NCBI GenBank assembly: GCA_030390025.1
Contig: CM059433.1
Location: 113,584,001-113,648,000 of the forward strand
Source: Squalus acanthias
Lineage: Eukaryota
Length of the DNA: 64,000 nt
Reading direction: 5' to 3'
Position 1 is the first letter of the stretch; each line of letters starts with the position of its first letter. The position numbers were made by a program, and so were the translations under genes. This document shows, piece by piece, positions 49,571 through 63,549 of the stretch. The notes under the pieces were generated by a model. That model searched no databases. It saw nothing but the letters and a program-made list of their open reading frames with translations, and was not told the origin of the DNA.

Positions 49571-52500
49571 AGGAAAGAGGTTTTTAAAAGTAGAATTTAA
49601 TATTTTCAAACAATTCTACATTATATTACAATGTAATATTGGAAGTAGCTAGTAAATACTGATAATTTAGCAGCCTTTAACAAAAACATCATAAATAACT
49701 GGGAATGTATAATAAAATATATGATGCATAAAGGATCTTAATACTGTAAATGAATGACTACATTTTATTATGCATCAGTTTTTAGTATTTTTATATAATC
49801 TGTTGACTGCCTCTTGTATTTGTGTGTTTATATTTACATCTGATTATCATTTTTATTTATTGTACAGAAAGGGGATCTATGCTGTCAAGGCACAAAATAA
49901 GATAATTATCTCCAAAAGAAAGGCTGACCAGATAACTTATGAGCGAAGTATTGATGGGTTACTTAGAGTTTCCTCGTGATTGGAGATGTTTAACATATGA
50001 TCTGGCTAACCACGACATATTCATAATGTGTGCAGTAGTTAAACTGGAAAAATACATTTTAATGGGTTTAATTTTTGTAATCGCTCTCTCAATCTGTTGA
50101 AGGTGATTTGTGATGTGATATGCCAGTGGAAAGATCTTTCCACTAGTATTTCTCCACAAGTCATGGAAATGTAAAAATATTTGAATTTGGGGCATTAATG
50201 TTGAGATTTGTGGTTCTCACTTCAACAATGTAGATAAGCAGGGATCACGACCTACTTAAGTTCAGTTTAAAGTCTTACATTGACAAAACCAAGAAGTGTA
50301 CAGATCTGCAAAAGTACAACTGTGTCACAATGTAAGAAAGGTTACTACGCAATCATTAATTTTCACTTTGCTGCAACTCCTGACTTTGAATGGAAATTTT
50401 GATTAAATTGTTTAAAACCTCAAATGTGACTATCTGGATTCTAAAATATACTAAAAGTGCTTTTTATTTTCAAAAAGGGGAAAATACATTGTGTGTGATC
50501 GTTATGTACCTCTAAAATATTTTTTTTAGAAGAGAGGTTTATTGATTATAGGATTGACTTTATATTTCAGTGTGTAAAAATAGGAGGTATTTTATGGTTT
50601 TAAAATAGTTTGAAAGATTACATTTCTAATTTACTAATTTATTTTCTCGACAATTTACTAAGAAACAGAGTTAATGATAGATTTAATGGTAGTGATGCTG
50701 AGTGTGCGTTACTATTGGTTTGGGTATGGGGGGAAAAACACAAAAAGGGCCATAGTGAGAATGTGAGCCTGACATGTTGATTTCAAGTGGGGTTAAACAT
50801 ATCGTCAAGATGGTTGAATGTATTGTAAAAATACTGTTGTAGTCAGCAGAGATAATCAGTATATTCAATCTATTGATTTTTGTTGCGAACATTGGCCCTT
50901 CTGTGTTGCCTTAATGCTACTGGCTTTTGTAAGGTAAACTACAGGAAATTGTAAATCACAATTTAATTTGTAGATCTGGCATAGCCAGCTCATAAAATGT
51001 CATATTTTGCAATGACATTTTAATAACTGTTATTTGATCAGCACGGTAAACTGTTTTAATATGTGTGAATTGCTGAGTTTCTAAAAATATTTAATTTTAT
51101 AAATCTGTTAAGCTATCTCAAAAAATGGACACAGTTCATTTTCTTTTAACTTGATGTAGTATTTTGTGGAAATTAAACATTGCTATTGGAGGAAAGATAC
51201 ATCAAGCTGTTTCTATTTTAGCATACCTTGGATTTTTTTTTGTTCCTTTCATTGTAATAGTCTCAAGAGTTTAAGTCCTGGAAAAATTACTATTACTGTA
51301 GTCCAAAAAAGACCATTGACCTGGTCCTAAAGGTGTTGTTTTAAGCCTATAAATAGTGCTTATAAAAATGGTGGGAAAACTGCACATATGGGGAGGGGAG
51401 GGGAGCAGAGTGCTATCTGAAACAAAAATGTAAATGCTGGGAATTAAATGTAGATGTTCAAGACTATGAGTAATAATGTGATCTGTCCAGTTACAGCACT
51501 TGTTTCTAATAAAGTATGTGGACAATCTGATGGCTTTAAAAGTAGGGTTTTGAGTCACTGTCTAAAAATGCAATAGGATATGTTCGTACAGACAAAGTTT
51601 AGTCCCTGCATTTCTCCCCCATGTGTATCAAGTTCACATTACTCATTGTTGTATTGCTTAAAAATGTTCTTTTCTTCACCCTTTTGGTTGAAGACAATTG
51701 CGTATATGCCTCTTCTATTTTAGAACTGATTTTTGACTATTTCGAAACAAAATGTTGTGTGGTAATTAATCCTCTTCATTTAAAGCTTTGTTCTCCTTGG
51801 GGTTTTCTATTCAGAAAAACAAATGAAGCTTCAGTTTGTTGCATGTAAACCCTGGTTGGGGAAGATGCTGTGAAGCTTCGAAAGCAGATACAAACTTAAA
51901 TATAAGGCATTCTTTAACTTTGAAAAGTATCAGAAAAGATGCGCTGTTACTCTAAATCCTTTTTATATGGAGTGTGGTACATAAAATATATATCAAGCTC
52001 TTGAAAGATTAACTTGGTTCTACTTAAAGTTGCAAGCATTTGGGGAATGCCAATTGTTTTAGAAAGTATGTTTAACTGATCCTGGATCAGATCTGGTTGA
52101 CACTATCATTCTTTGAAGATCTGGGCATTTGGCTTCCCACGGAGCATCCAACTAAACTGTCAGCCCCCTTTGATGCGATAAAATGGATAAAGCTCCCATG
52201 CTGATAAGACATTTGGAGCTGTTCCTGTCGTAAAATGATTTAAATATTTGCTCTTCACTTTGTCAAAGGTCTGGTTTCATTGAGTATTTGCATATGTTAA
52301 TTGTGTTCTGGTAACACAGGCTCCGTAACAATTTAGCACTTCTTCAACCCTCTCTTTGATTGTGGTCCTTTGCCTTGAAGTTATTCATTGCTTTAAATCT
52401 CTTTCTTAACAGGTAGTCACAATCGGAAAGAAAAAAAAAGGCTCCATTTAAGTTCAGACAATGTGAAACATTTTCATGTCAAGAGATCCTGAAAATGTTT

Positions 52501-53274
52501 AATAAACCTTTTAACATCTTATAAGTGCCTGCCTGGCAGTATTTCACAGCCGTAGTGTATAGAAATTGCCTGCCTTTTAAAATGCATTTTAATTGTTAAT
52601 ATATCTCTCAATTAAAGAAAAACATTTAAGAATAAAGCGTTACTACTGTCAGATTAGACCACCCGAGCGTTCCGTTCTTCAGTTAAAATTGTCCCTCAAA
52701 ATGTAACTGATAGTCAACATAAAAAATGATATCTTGATGTGAAAGTTGTAGCCAACAATGAGCAATCCAAGTATTCTTGATTACAGATGTACTGGCCAAT
52801 AACAAACCCTTTTCTACAAGGCTCATCATAATTTTAAAAATAATTTGTGATATTACACCCCATCCTTTTTATAAGGCTCCCTGTCCAATTAGTATTTTTA
52901 AGGTGGCTGCTGACTTTCCCTGCTGCATTATGTATTAGGTTATGGGGCACTCACTACAACATGCACCTCATTATATTAGGTACAAAATGGTCAGCTCCTA
53001 GAAAGCATCTTATAATGAGGGAAGGGCGTATTTTCGTTATGATTATAGTTGTATTTGCCTTTGTATGCAAGATTATAACAGCAGGGTTCTGAGGATAGTC
53101 TGATGGAAACATTTGGCATCAGTGGCAGTTTCAGCTTTTACTGCCAGCTGCCCCCAAATCTGGCTCCAACTGGAAGCTTGATGTTACTGGAGTGTTTATT
53201 TTAATGAGAAACGCAGGATGAACAGCAAGAAGATGAAATGCAAAATGTAGAGATGTTAGTAATGGCGCTTCACC

Positions 53275-54090
53275 ACTGGCTCAGTGAGTTTATTCAGCGA
53301 GTAGCTGAACCATACAGACTAGGAGGACCACAGGTTTGATCCCAAGTCTATGCTGAGGTAGCTGATCTACATAAGAACATAAGAACTAGAAGCAGGAGTA
53401 GGCCACACGGCCCCTCGAGCTTGCTCCGTCCGCCATTCAATAAGATCATGGCTGATCTACGATCTCAACACCACTTTCCTGCCCTATCCCCATATCCCTT
53501 GATTCCACTAGAGTCCAAAAATCTATCTATCTCAACCTTGAATATACTCAACGGCAGCCATAGCCCTTTGGGGCAGAGAATTCCAAAGATTCACAATCCT
53601 CTGAGTGAAGAAGTTCTTCCTCGTCTCAGTCTTAAAAGGCCGACCCCTTATCCTGAGATGTGCTCCCTAGTTCTGGACTCTCCAGCCATGGGAAACAATC
53701 TCTCAGACAGGGCTGTGCTCTGACTGCTTTCTGGGCGAACGAGAGGAAAATCAGCTAAGGTTCCCTTTCCTGATAATTATAGCCAGTGACCACTGCTGAA
53801 AGGCCACAGAGCAGACACATGGGATGAGGAGTGCTGCTCATGTGGACGATAAGCACCAACACTGACTGGTTGGGCTGCACGACCTATTTCTGTGTTGTAA
53901 TTTCTGTGTCTGGAGGACAGGTGAGGGCACCCGGTGATCAAACATTCTGCTTATGCTCATTACCAATGCTCACAGATGAACAACGGCGACTGGGTGAAGT
54001 ATTGGCAGATGACCCATACCCATTGAGCTGTACTCCAACAGTGAATCAACACCTTCATGAAAGGAAGTGCGGGGAAGAAATTGGCAAGAT
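53275..54090 (+). mobile_element. SINE family B interrupted by a minus-strand CR1 3' fragment (about 53371-53700) and a CR1 tail (about 53820-53910)
   Basis: Head tggctcagtgag..tagctgatct, then acataagaacataagaa (CR1 tail, reversed), then resumes at ctcagacaggg. Confidence 0.75.
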
Positions 54091-55474
54091 TTTTTAAATT
54101 AAAAAAGCGGTTGAAGAGATGATAGGAGTAACATAACTTGGTTGGGGGGGGGGGAGACTAAAATAATTTATTAACATTTTCTACAGGGTGTTGGTGAAAA
54201 TAGTCCCATATCTAGCAGTATTGTGGAAACTTTGATCTAAATTTGTCTCTGGGAGTAAGGAGATGTTCACAAAAACTATCACCATCACTGAACAGATTAG
54301 CTTTATACATCCTTATAACTGAACTTTGATACTCATTTTATTGCACAACATAGGGATAATTTTAATTTAATTTTAATGAACATTTTCAAAAACTTTTTTT
54401 GTATATAGTAATCATATGATTAAATATTGTATATTCTTACATGGTACTTGCAAGGTAATAGTTGGCATTGGAAACAATTGGTTAAGGCAAAGGGTGCATT
54501 CGTTTTCTTTAGCGCCGCCAGTAACCAGTGGTATAACATGACTGGTAACGAAAAGCTATTAATCTTTCCAGAGCAGTAAATGGAGTAAGTGGGAAAACAA
54601 TTTTCTTCATTGAAAAACCGAAGTGAAGGGCCATGGCCCATAATGGAGCACGCCACACCAAGGCTGAGAAGAGTAAAGGGAAACCAAATGAAATGAGAAG
54701 AAGTGATTAGGTAATGTTCAGCTTGGTTTTTTAAAAGCCTGAAAATTGTAAAGGGAGGAAGGAAGGACTGAGAGATAAATGGAGCTCCCCAGTTTTGAGT
54801 TTGTGGGAAAGAATGAGATACAGATCTTGATTTCAGCACAGGTGAGGTTCAAGGAAGGAGGAAAAATATGTAAGACATTAAGACAGGAACTTAGAAGAAA
54901 CACGAGTGGATTATTTCAAGAGTGCAGACCATAATGATATTGATTAAAATGAAACAGTACTTAAGACATGAATGGATTTATGGAGCATTAAGAGACGTTG
55001 AGGGGGAGAAAGTATTTGGGACAAAAGAGGAAACCCAGCTCCTTAGAGAATGTTGTTGATATAAAGCCACCTTTGCAGATAAAGTGTCATTTTACACAGT
55101 AAATTAATCAATAAACATGAATAGGCAATAGATAATGGGTCAGTGTACTTGTATGTAAGTTGGAAAGCAAGCATTCATTTTCTTTCTCGACCTGATAATA
55201 GAGGGTCCTCAGCCCTTAAGACACTTTGAAGATTGAAGACTCACAACTTTGTTATATTCAAATTGATGTTCTCCCCAATAGCTCAGTGTGGAATTAACTT
55301 TAGCGTACCAGCCAGTTCCTTCTAAAAACACGAATCAAAACTCAAACCTTTCACAAAATATGAACTTAAGTACAGAATATTATGGCTTGAGATTGCGGCT
55401 GCTGTTCATGATAGAATTTAAGGATTTAAAGTTTTCACAAAATACTATTGGTTGTTTCCCAATAGTTAAAAGCA

Positions 55475-55980
55475 GTGAGTGGCTGACCTATGAGGAGGGC
55501 CCAGGATACATCCCCAGTCTGTACTGAATTAGCTGATCGCAGGGAAGCAGCATCCTTTCGCTTGGGAGGGGGAAAAAATCAGCCAGTGTTGCTCCTGATC
55601 ATTAACCAAGGACTCCTGCTGGAAGATACCCGGACGGATACCTGAGGGCAAGATCAGGCTTGGTGTGATGTGCTCCCAAAATGGAGTGCCTTCCTGTATT
55701 TTTATGAAGTGGCCATTCTTCATGTGTGAGCCCAGACAATGAATGTCAGTAGGATATTCAACCATGGAGGATATTATCTGACCCCGTCCTCTCGATCGAT
55801 GCCCACACAAATGCACTTCCAACAAGGGTTACTGAATTGCAGTTGGGAGCAGGAACACAGGCTCATTTATTCCCCCCCGCCCCCCCATCTCTAACAAAGC
55901 ATAGACTAGAGGTCAAACTTGGGTCCTTACTAGTACTTATGGCCCAGCTATTCATGGCCTTAACTAGCTGAGCCATCGAA
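55475..55980. mobile_element. Two SINE family B copies in inverted, tail-to-tail arrangement
   Basis: Plus-strand motifs to about 55685; reverse-complement motifs (aagtggccattcttcatgtgtgagcc) from about 55707. Confidence 0.65.
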
Positions 55981-56479
55981 GGCACTGTGGTGCTTTTTGT
56001 AAAATCTAGTTTCACTGCATGGGCTTAGTTCCTTCCCATTTCATTCATATAATTTCCCCAAGATTATATATTAATCAATATACATATCCCAGTGATTTTC
56101 TTGAAATTCACATTAAGCCTTCACCACGTATTACCTTTTTTAAAAAAAAAAATGCAACTGGTACACTGCAGTATCTTATAAAGCACGACAACTTCAAACT
56201 GTTGTATTTTTATCCATTCAGTCCTGATGCCAGATACTGAAGAGATGGATCAAATCATGGATCAGCAAAGTGTCCATAAAAAAAAACGGCATCATTTACT
56301 CGAAAGAGAGAAAATTTAAGACCAAGCTGCGGAGTAGATTTGGTAGCATGTTGACGTAATACTAAAAGTCTTTATTACAAGTGAATGCCCTGTGGAAAGT
56401 CAGGTGAAAGCTAATTTCCTTGAGCATGCTTGCATCAGTGATGCTGCAGGTGTAGGTGTGGGGATCTAGAGCTTATCAA

Positions 56480-56496
56480 GCTCCATCTAGTGGTAG
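56480..56496 (-). promoter_or_regulatory. Candidate CTCF site
   Basis: The minus strand reads CTACCACTAGATGGAGC, close to the CCACYAGRKGGCRS core. Motif match only. Confidence 0.3.
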
Positions 56497-56809
56497 CAGT
56501 ATGTGGCAGTAAGCATGATAATTACAATGAAAATGCCCAATAACGATTGTGCGAAATTCATAGCAATTTTAATATTACAGATTTTGTAACTTGTATGTTA
56601 AAGTCCTCTTAATACTGACATACATCTGTTTCCAGGTCACATATAATGAGGTTCCATTTATGAATGCAGGTTGAATAAATCATGGTATGATTTAAGCACT
56701 TTTAAGAATATTTTTAACTGATTCGCTACAAATTTAGGCAAATCCTCTAGCCATAAAATGCACTATGTGTCAAAAGATAATCCTGCAACAATGACAATTG
56801 GACAGCAGA

Positions 56810-57175
56810 ACACTCCAGAGACTTGAGCACAAAAATCTAGGCTGACACTTCAGTACAGTACTGAGGGAGTGCTGCACTGTCGGAGGTGCCGTCTTTCGGA
56901 TGAGACGTTAAGCCGAGGCCCCGTCTGCCCTCTCAGGTGGAAGCAAAAGGTTTTGATGCGTGCATATTAGCTTCCGTGTAACAACAGAAAACGCTGTTGT
57001 TATTTTGGATTTCCAGCATCCGCAGTATTTTGCTATTGTATTAGCTTCCATGTATCCTACCTTACAACAGTGACTACACTTCAAAAGTACTTAATTGGGT
57101 GTAAAGCACTTTGGGACGTCCTGAGGTTGTGAAAGGTGCTATATAATTGCAAGTTTGTTTGTTTGTTTCTTTCTT
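56810..57175 (+). mobile_element. Deu-domain SINE with an internal deletion and a small family C insert
   Basis: ctccagagacttgagcac..ggatgagacgttaagccgaggccccgtctgccctctcaggtgg, and tail ending gcaagtttgtttgttt. Confidence 0.85.
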
Positions 57176-59619
57176 TTTGGTTATCAGTAGAGAGACTATC
57201 TCGAAGAGATGATCTTAGACAATTGAATCCGTTCCAGCTGCAGTAGAAAATTTTAATCTATAAATATTAAAAACTCAGCTGGTCTTTTAAAGATTTTTAA
57301 TTTTAAAACCTTTTTTGCTAATACCCATTTCTTCCCCTGCGCTCTCTCTCTCTCTCGTGAAAGTGTTGACTGATTTGCCACAGGCACCAGTCACCCTCCA
57401 CTATCTCCTGTAAGTAGCCACTACTCATGTGAGTGCTGGTGGGTTGGGCTGCTTGACTACAGGGGCATCACAGCTGAGCCTGATTCTGTCAGTTATAAGC
57501 ATCTCTCAATCTCCTCTGTATGCAAGACATACCCAACGGAGGAGAAATCTGCCCCATGTCTCGATCAACTTGGGAGAATGTAATGCGGACGATGCATTTC
57601 CAAACAGAAAAGTTTTGCATTTCCCAGCACTGATACCTCACACTAAGAAAATTATTTAAAAAAAACATGTTGGGGGGAGAGGTGAAGAAACTGCAGCGAA
57701 ATCTTTTCTTATCCTATCCCTTACTGTTCAAGATAGACACTTGTTTCTCTCACTTAGCAAGTACAAAACTGATCAGGTTTAAAGGTCCAGTTTAAGAAAG
57801 TATTAAAATCACGCAACATTTCTTCAATGAAAGACTTAACTTTGAGGACATTTTATTACCATAGTCTTTCAAAGGGTTGTACCTCATTGTGTAGCTAGGT
57901 TAATCTAAACCGGTCTCCATTATCCATAATATATCAACTCTATTATATTAGAAATAATGATGTGCTGATGAGAGAAATAAAACCAGATCTAGATGATGGC
58001 CTATTTAGTCTTTAATTTATGCTTTTTAGGATAATTTCCGACTCTAATTTTCTGTTCAAAGATATGTGGGAAATAGCAGCTACCTGCAATCTTTATTCAC
58101 TATAAGCAAGAAAGAAATACTTGCACTTATAGTCAAAGTGCTTCATACAGCTTTGAAGTGCACCTTTTGTTCTGTAGGCTACAAAAGTACTTAACCTTGT
58201 TTCCTATGCCTGTGCGCAGAGAATCTGCAGTTTTCAGTGCTTATTTTGTTTTATGTCATCTGAGCAACAACCCTGATAACCATTTCTAAAGATTATATTT
58301 TGAAAATTCTTCAAATCCAAGATAGCTTCAGTAAGTCCCACAGTCAATTTGAAAAAAAAAATAGGGTTTTTATTTTAGCAATGAGCATTTTTTTCTGAGT
58401 TATAAATGAAAATGGTCCATCATTTATTGGGTTCATCGTTGGTGGTGTTGTTTGAAAGGAAAAATAATTTGAAAACCACACAGTTATGAAGGGGCATTTC
58501 ATAGAATCTGATACTCTTGTCTCAGGATATAAACGAAAAGGTCCAATTGTGTTTTCTTATGTTCTGAGTAATTGGTTTTCGAGAATAGCTAAATGTGTTT
58601 TATTTGTATTGTTTTATAGCCTACCTCCTAATACAAAGAGTCAGAAAGTTACAAATCTGGCTATAATTGCTTGAAACGGCAGAAAAATGACAGCTTTGTT
58701 AATGTGCCTTTCTTAGTGCAGGATTTAACATGGAGGTGAAAGATGCTTTACATTAGTAATAAAGTCTCTGGTATTTGTCGTTTTGCATTTAAAAAATGCA
58801 TGTTAAAAAGTGACTTTTTATGATTGCACAAAGCATGTTTAATTTTGATGACCAAATTTATAAATGCAAGTTGATTTTTTTAATGGTTTTCTTAGCCACT
58901 ATTGTAAAGCTTGGGAACTGCTATTGAACAGTTACTGATTATGTGCATTCTCTTTTTATTTCTTGGCTTTTCCAATTGTGTTTTTGAAGGAAGCTTCCTT
59001 TTTGAGATTTTTTTTTCTCCTATTCCCTCTCTTTTGTTTTCTCAAACCATGTAACTTGCCTAGTCAAGTGAGGCAGGCAGGCAACCTGCTGCCCAGCCTT
59101 CCACCATTGTTACTTAGAAACCAGCCTCTAGAAATTGAGAGAGCTTGGGCAGGTAGAAATGGTACAGATCCTGTGTGTTTTGTCCGTCAGACGTTGGAAG
59201 CAAGAGTAACCATTAGAGTCTGCCAGGGCTTGGTGTTTGTAAGCCCTCTTTATATATCAATGGAAAATTACTGTGGACAAAACATCACAGTAAAGTCATT
59301 ATTAGAAGATAAAACAATTTAATATTTATAATATATAACATCCAAAGTAAGGCAAAGCATGAACTCAGCTTTTTCTGAGGAAACTTTGAATGCAAAACTG
59401 GTTTGTATTATATAATCGCTGATCTCTCAAATCTACATTCAGCAGCTATAGCCAGAGAGCTGAACACAGACAGCTGAGGAGGAAACCAATGAATGGGGAT
59501 GGACTTGGGCAGAATGGCTCTGAACAGATCATATATTTTACAGTGTATTCCAAAAGGTTATGCCAGCTGCGTTTTTACTTAATTTTGTTTTTGTGTTCTG
59601 ACATAATAAGCAATTATTA

Positions 59620-60006
59620 TTTCAGGGATGATCTAATTGATGTGTTTAAACTGATAAAAGGATTCAATTGGATAGGCAAAGAGAATCTATTTCCTCTGGT
59701 GGGGGAATCCAGAACAAGAGGGCATAATCTTAAAATTAGAGCCAAGCCCGTTCAGGAGTGAAATCAGGAAGCACTTCTTCACACACAGTGTATTAGAAAT
59801 CTGGAACTTTCTCCCCCAAAAGGTCGTGGACGCTGGGTCAGTTGCGATTTTCAGGTCTGACATCGGTAGATTTTTGTTAGTTAAGAGTATCAAGGGATAT
59901 GGAACAAAGGTGGGTAAATGGAGTTGAGGTACCGATCAGCCATGATCTAACTGAATGGCGGAACAGGCTCAAGGGACTGAATGGCCTACTCCTGTTCCTA
60001 TGTTCC
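59620..60006 (+). mobile_element. CR1 3' fragment
   Basis: RDDLIDVFKLIKGF..LFPLVGESRTRGHNLKI, with tail gcctactcctgttcctatgttc. Confidence 0.88.
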
Positions 60007-60126
60007 TGGTTGTGGAAATATTGCACCATTTTGAAAATTTGAAGGAAGATTCTGAATAAAACTCATGATTTAAATGTGTATATTTAGTTGCAGCCATTTA
60101 GGATGTGCATTTCTTATAGTGAACAC

Positions 60127-60282
60127 CAATGTTCTCTGTAAGCGGCGGGGCCGCGCAGGGTCCAGGAACCCCGTGCAGCCGGCTTTTCAATGAGAAAAAA
60201 CGCACACGCGCGGTATTTTGAATGGCCTGCGCAGCCTCTTAAAGGGGCCGCGTGGCGCCAAGCAAAATTACAGGGAACATTG
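60127..60282. mobile_element. 156-bp hAT-like MITE
   Basis: 15-bp TIRs caatgttctctgtaa / ttacagggaacattg (1 mismatch), flanked by 8-mers gtgaacac / gtggaaac (6/8, degenerate TSD). Confidence 0.8.
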
Positions 60283-63200
60283 GTGGAAACCTAGAAATAT
60301 ATTTATATATAAAATACTAATTTTTGTTTTTTCTTCTTTAACATATCTCTGCAACAGTACTTCGTGTAAAGGTAAAGAGCATCTTCCCCATATTACAAGC
60401 GCTATGGAAAACATCTTATCTATCTGTCTATCCTACCTACCTACAAATCAAAAGGCAATTTCCTCACTGCAGAAACCCTCCTTCCCTTATGATCACATAA
60501 GCTCTTCTGAGTCAGTAATTAAAATTAAATTGAGAAGTACAGATGTGCATAACTTGAAAATGTAGGTTTTAGCTGCAAAAATGATTTTATTTAAAAGAAC
60601 AAACTCAAGCGTAAGGTATGAACTATTGTTAGTTCCGTCTCATGCCCACCCCTTTAATAGTTTCCTCTTCCCTCTTCTACTCAAGGAATTCAGAACGAAG
60701 AAGCATTTTGCACCCTCTAGATCAGGTTGCAAGCCCCCTTCATCAAACCAACGAACTGGAGGCCAGGGAAAATCATTGCCAGAGTCACTGCTTTAAGGTG
60801 ACTGAATAAGTCATTCTGCTTCTATTACACAGGAATTTGGGATTTTCCAGGATTTTTACTGTTGTTCTGGGATTGCATTCGGCAGCTCCATCGATTTTCC
60901 TGTAAAAATTGTGAATAGGTGGCCTTGCTCATTGCCTAATGCCTTCTTTGACCATCAGTGGGCTGTTTTTCTTTCATTTGCCTATTAATAGTCTCAGTAT
61001 GCCGCATTAAAAACTTGAATGCTACTTGACCTTTGCTGTCTTAATTAACTGCCTGCCCATGAAAGACTAATATACAGAGTGCTGATCCATAATTCTCAAG
61101 TGATGGGCTAAGGAGATGAGACCAAGATTATCAAGTACTTCAGCTACAGTTTGGCTTCACAAAGTCTAAAAAGTGGACTTTATGTATGTATGCATTTATT
61201 TGTTTCTAAACCCATTGCGAATAGCTTTTGAGAGGTCGTTGGATGAAACTCAATCGAAAGACAAAATCTGCAAGTGAAGTAAAATAGAAAATGATGAAAA
61301 GATCCAGCTTTTTGAAGAGAAAAAAAATGATGACTGTTTCAGGTGTAGTCCCTTTGTCACAACTTCATCAGATACTTGCCTCTGGTCGACTGCTGTGTAT
61401 TTCCAGCATGCTCTGTTTTTATTTTATTGGATATAGTTAATTGGTTAGATTGATTATGGATTTTTCTTTTAAATCCAATGATTTTCCCCTTCCCCCTCCA
61501 CTTGCCTGGTTTATCTCTGATCACAATCCACACTCCAGCCAACACTTTGTTCTTATCTCCCTGGTCCAAACATAGTGCAGCTTTGGCTGGAGCCCTTAAG
61601 ACCACCCATCACCCTGGTCATCTGATACTCCTATTTATTTAAGAAGCTTGCAGCAGAATATGGTTCAGGGTGGGGGAGGGGAGGGGCTGTTTCCTGCAGC
61701 AGAGGTTACAGTCAAGCGAGAGTTAACTGTTAAAAAGCAAAAAAAAAGGGTTTCACGTTGTAAAAGCGCCGTTGTTCAAATTCTGATATAAATGTCACAC
61801 GAGAATCATGCCCGTTGGAATCCTGCTTCAAAATAAAATCCCTGCAGTAAACGTAGGTAGCAGTGCAATGGTCCTGGGGCAAGATGCAATTCTCGCACTT
61901 TTGATGCATTCAGAAGGTTAAAGTGGGCCCCCATTAAGATTAACCTCAGCCTATTACAGCTTTTTTTATTTGGCATTCAGACCCACCCTTGAATGGCTGT
62001 GGACAGCTAATACCAGGCTTTTGTTTCTTCCGCAGAAAGGTTTTTTTTAAAAAGCAAGAAACACTGTTCTCAATCACATTCACTGCTCTGATCACATGAC
62101 TTCCCCTTTAGTGAGTCACACATAGGTTGAGGGTGAATCAGGGAGTGAATTGCCATTCTGCAATTTCCTTCTGAATTTGTCAATATGTTCAGCAAAATGA
62201 AATGTAACCACAGTTTCCAAAGATTACATGTACAAAATGTATGCTAAGCATAACAGGAACTGGTTGTGGTATTTTTTTTAAACTGGTAAATGAGCTGCAG
62301 GGTATCTATTGACTAAAAAATAATTGGGATACTAGCGCACACAAATCATTTCCCTTTGACATGCTACTAGCTATTTCATGAGGGTGCTACATGTTGCAAA
62401 ATAATCTTGCCAGAAGAGCTCTCAAGTGATGGGAATAGGTGGGTGGAGAGGCCCCCCCCCTCACCCCCACTCCCTCCACTCCGCTTACATATGGGGGATG
62501 GGGACTTATTTTTAACAAGATGAAACCAATTTTGACACCACGCAAAAGCATGTTTTAAAGCAAATACATTTGTCAAATACCACTTATCCTTTTGCTGTGT
62601 AATTGTGAAGTACTTTACATTGGCTAAGTGGTGTATTAATACCGTGAGAGTACGGCTCCCAAAGATGAGTTCATTTAAAAAACAATTCAGGTAGCCATGC
62701 ACGACTCGGCGGTGGTTGCATGATGACTGAAGTTTGTTATCTTAAAAACACAAAATGAAAAATCTGGTTAATTACTCCTGAAAAGTTCCAACTGGCTCTC
62801 TAACTTAAGGCTGCAGTTGCATTGCACCAACTGGTACTGACTGGTAGCCGCAGACTGCAAAGCACAGATACCAACAATTGAGTTATACTGCAGATTGCAT
62901 TCTGCCTGCCCAGCAAAGGGCTCAACCCATGCGTGCGAAGATGTTTCGCCAGCTGCTAAACTTGTAATGCTTTGCAAGTATAGGTGGAAAGTGTCAACTT
63001 TCTTGTAACATTAAAAAAAGACGGCGGTAAGTTTTATAAAATGCCCAGGAGGTCTGAAAACCTTTTTTTTTGGAAAAGGTGTCACATTGCTCAGCTTTAG
63101 TGCGGTCTGGGGTCAGATTGCTGATGTGCGACTGAAACCGCTTTAGACTGGCACAGTGGTAGTATAATACTTCACCCTAAATGGCTGAAGATTCTTGTAG

Positions 63201-63549
63201 ATGGAAATTGATTATAGTTTTTTTGGCATGTTATTTTACCGAATAGCAATCTAGTTATCTTGAAAGATGAGGATCAACTTCATGGTTTAAAATATACAAA
63301 CATCTCTGCATGTTTCTTTTTAAAATAATTCTGTTAACTCTTCTGGAACTGAAGCTGTATATTTAGTTTTCCTTAAATTTACTTTCTCTCTGTAAGTAGG
63401 TGCATGTTTGAGGAAAGATTACCGTTGGTGAATATCCAGAGATATTTCTAAGACTTTTGTTCGTACCGACTCTTGCTGAATATGCTGATATTTGATTAGC
63501 CACAGCTACTTTATGTGCCTCTCAGATATTCTCTACCATCTAATGCAAA

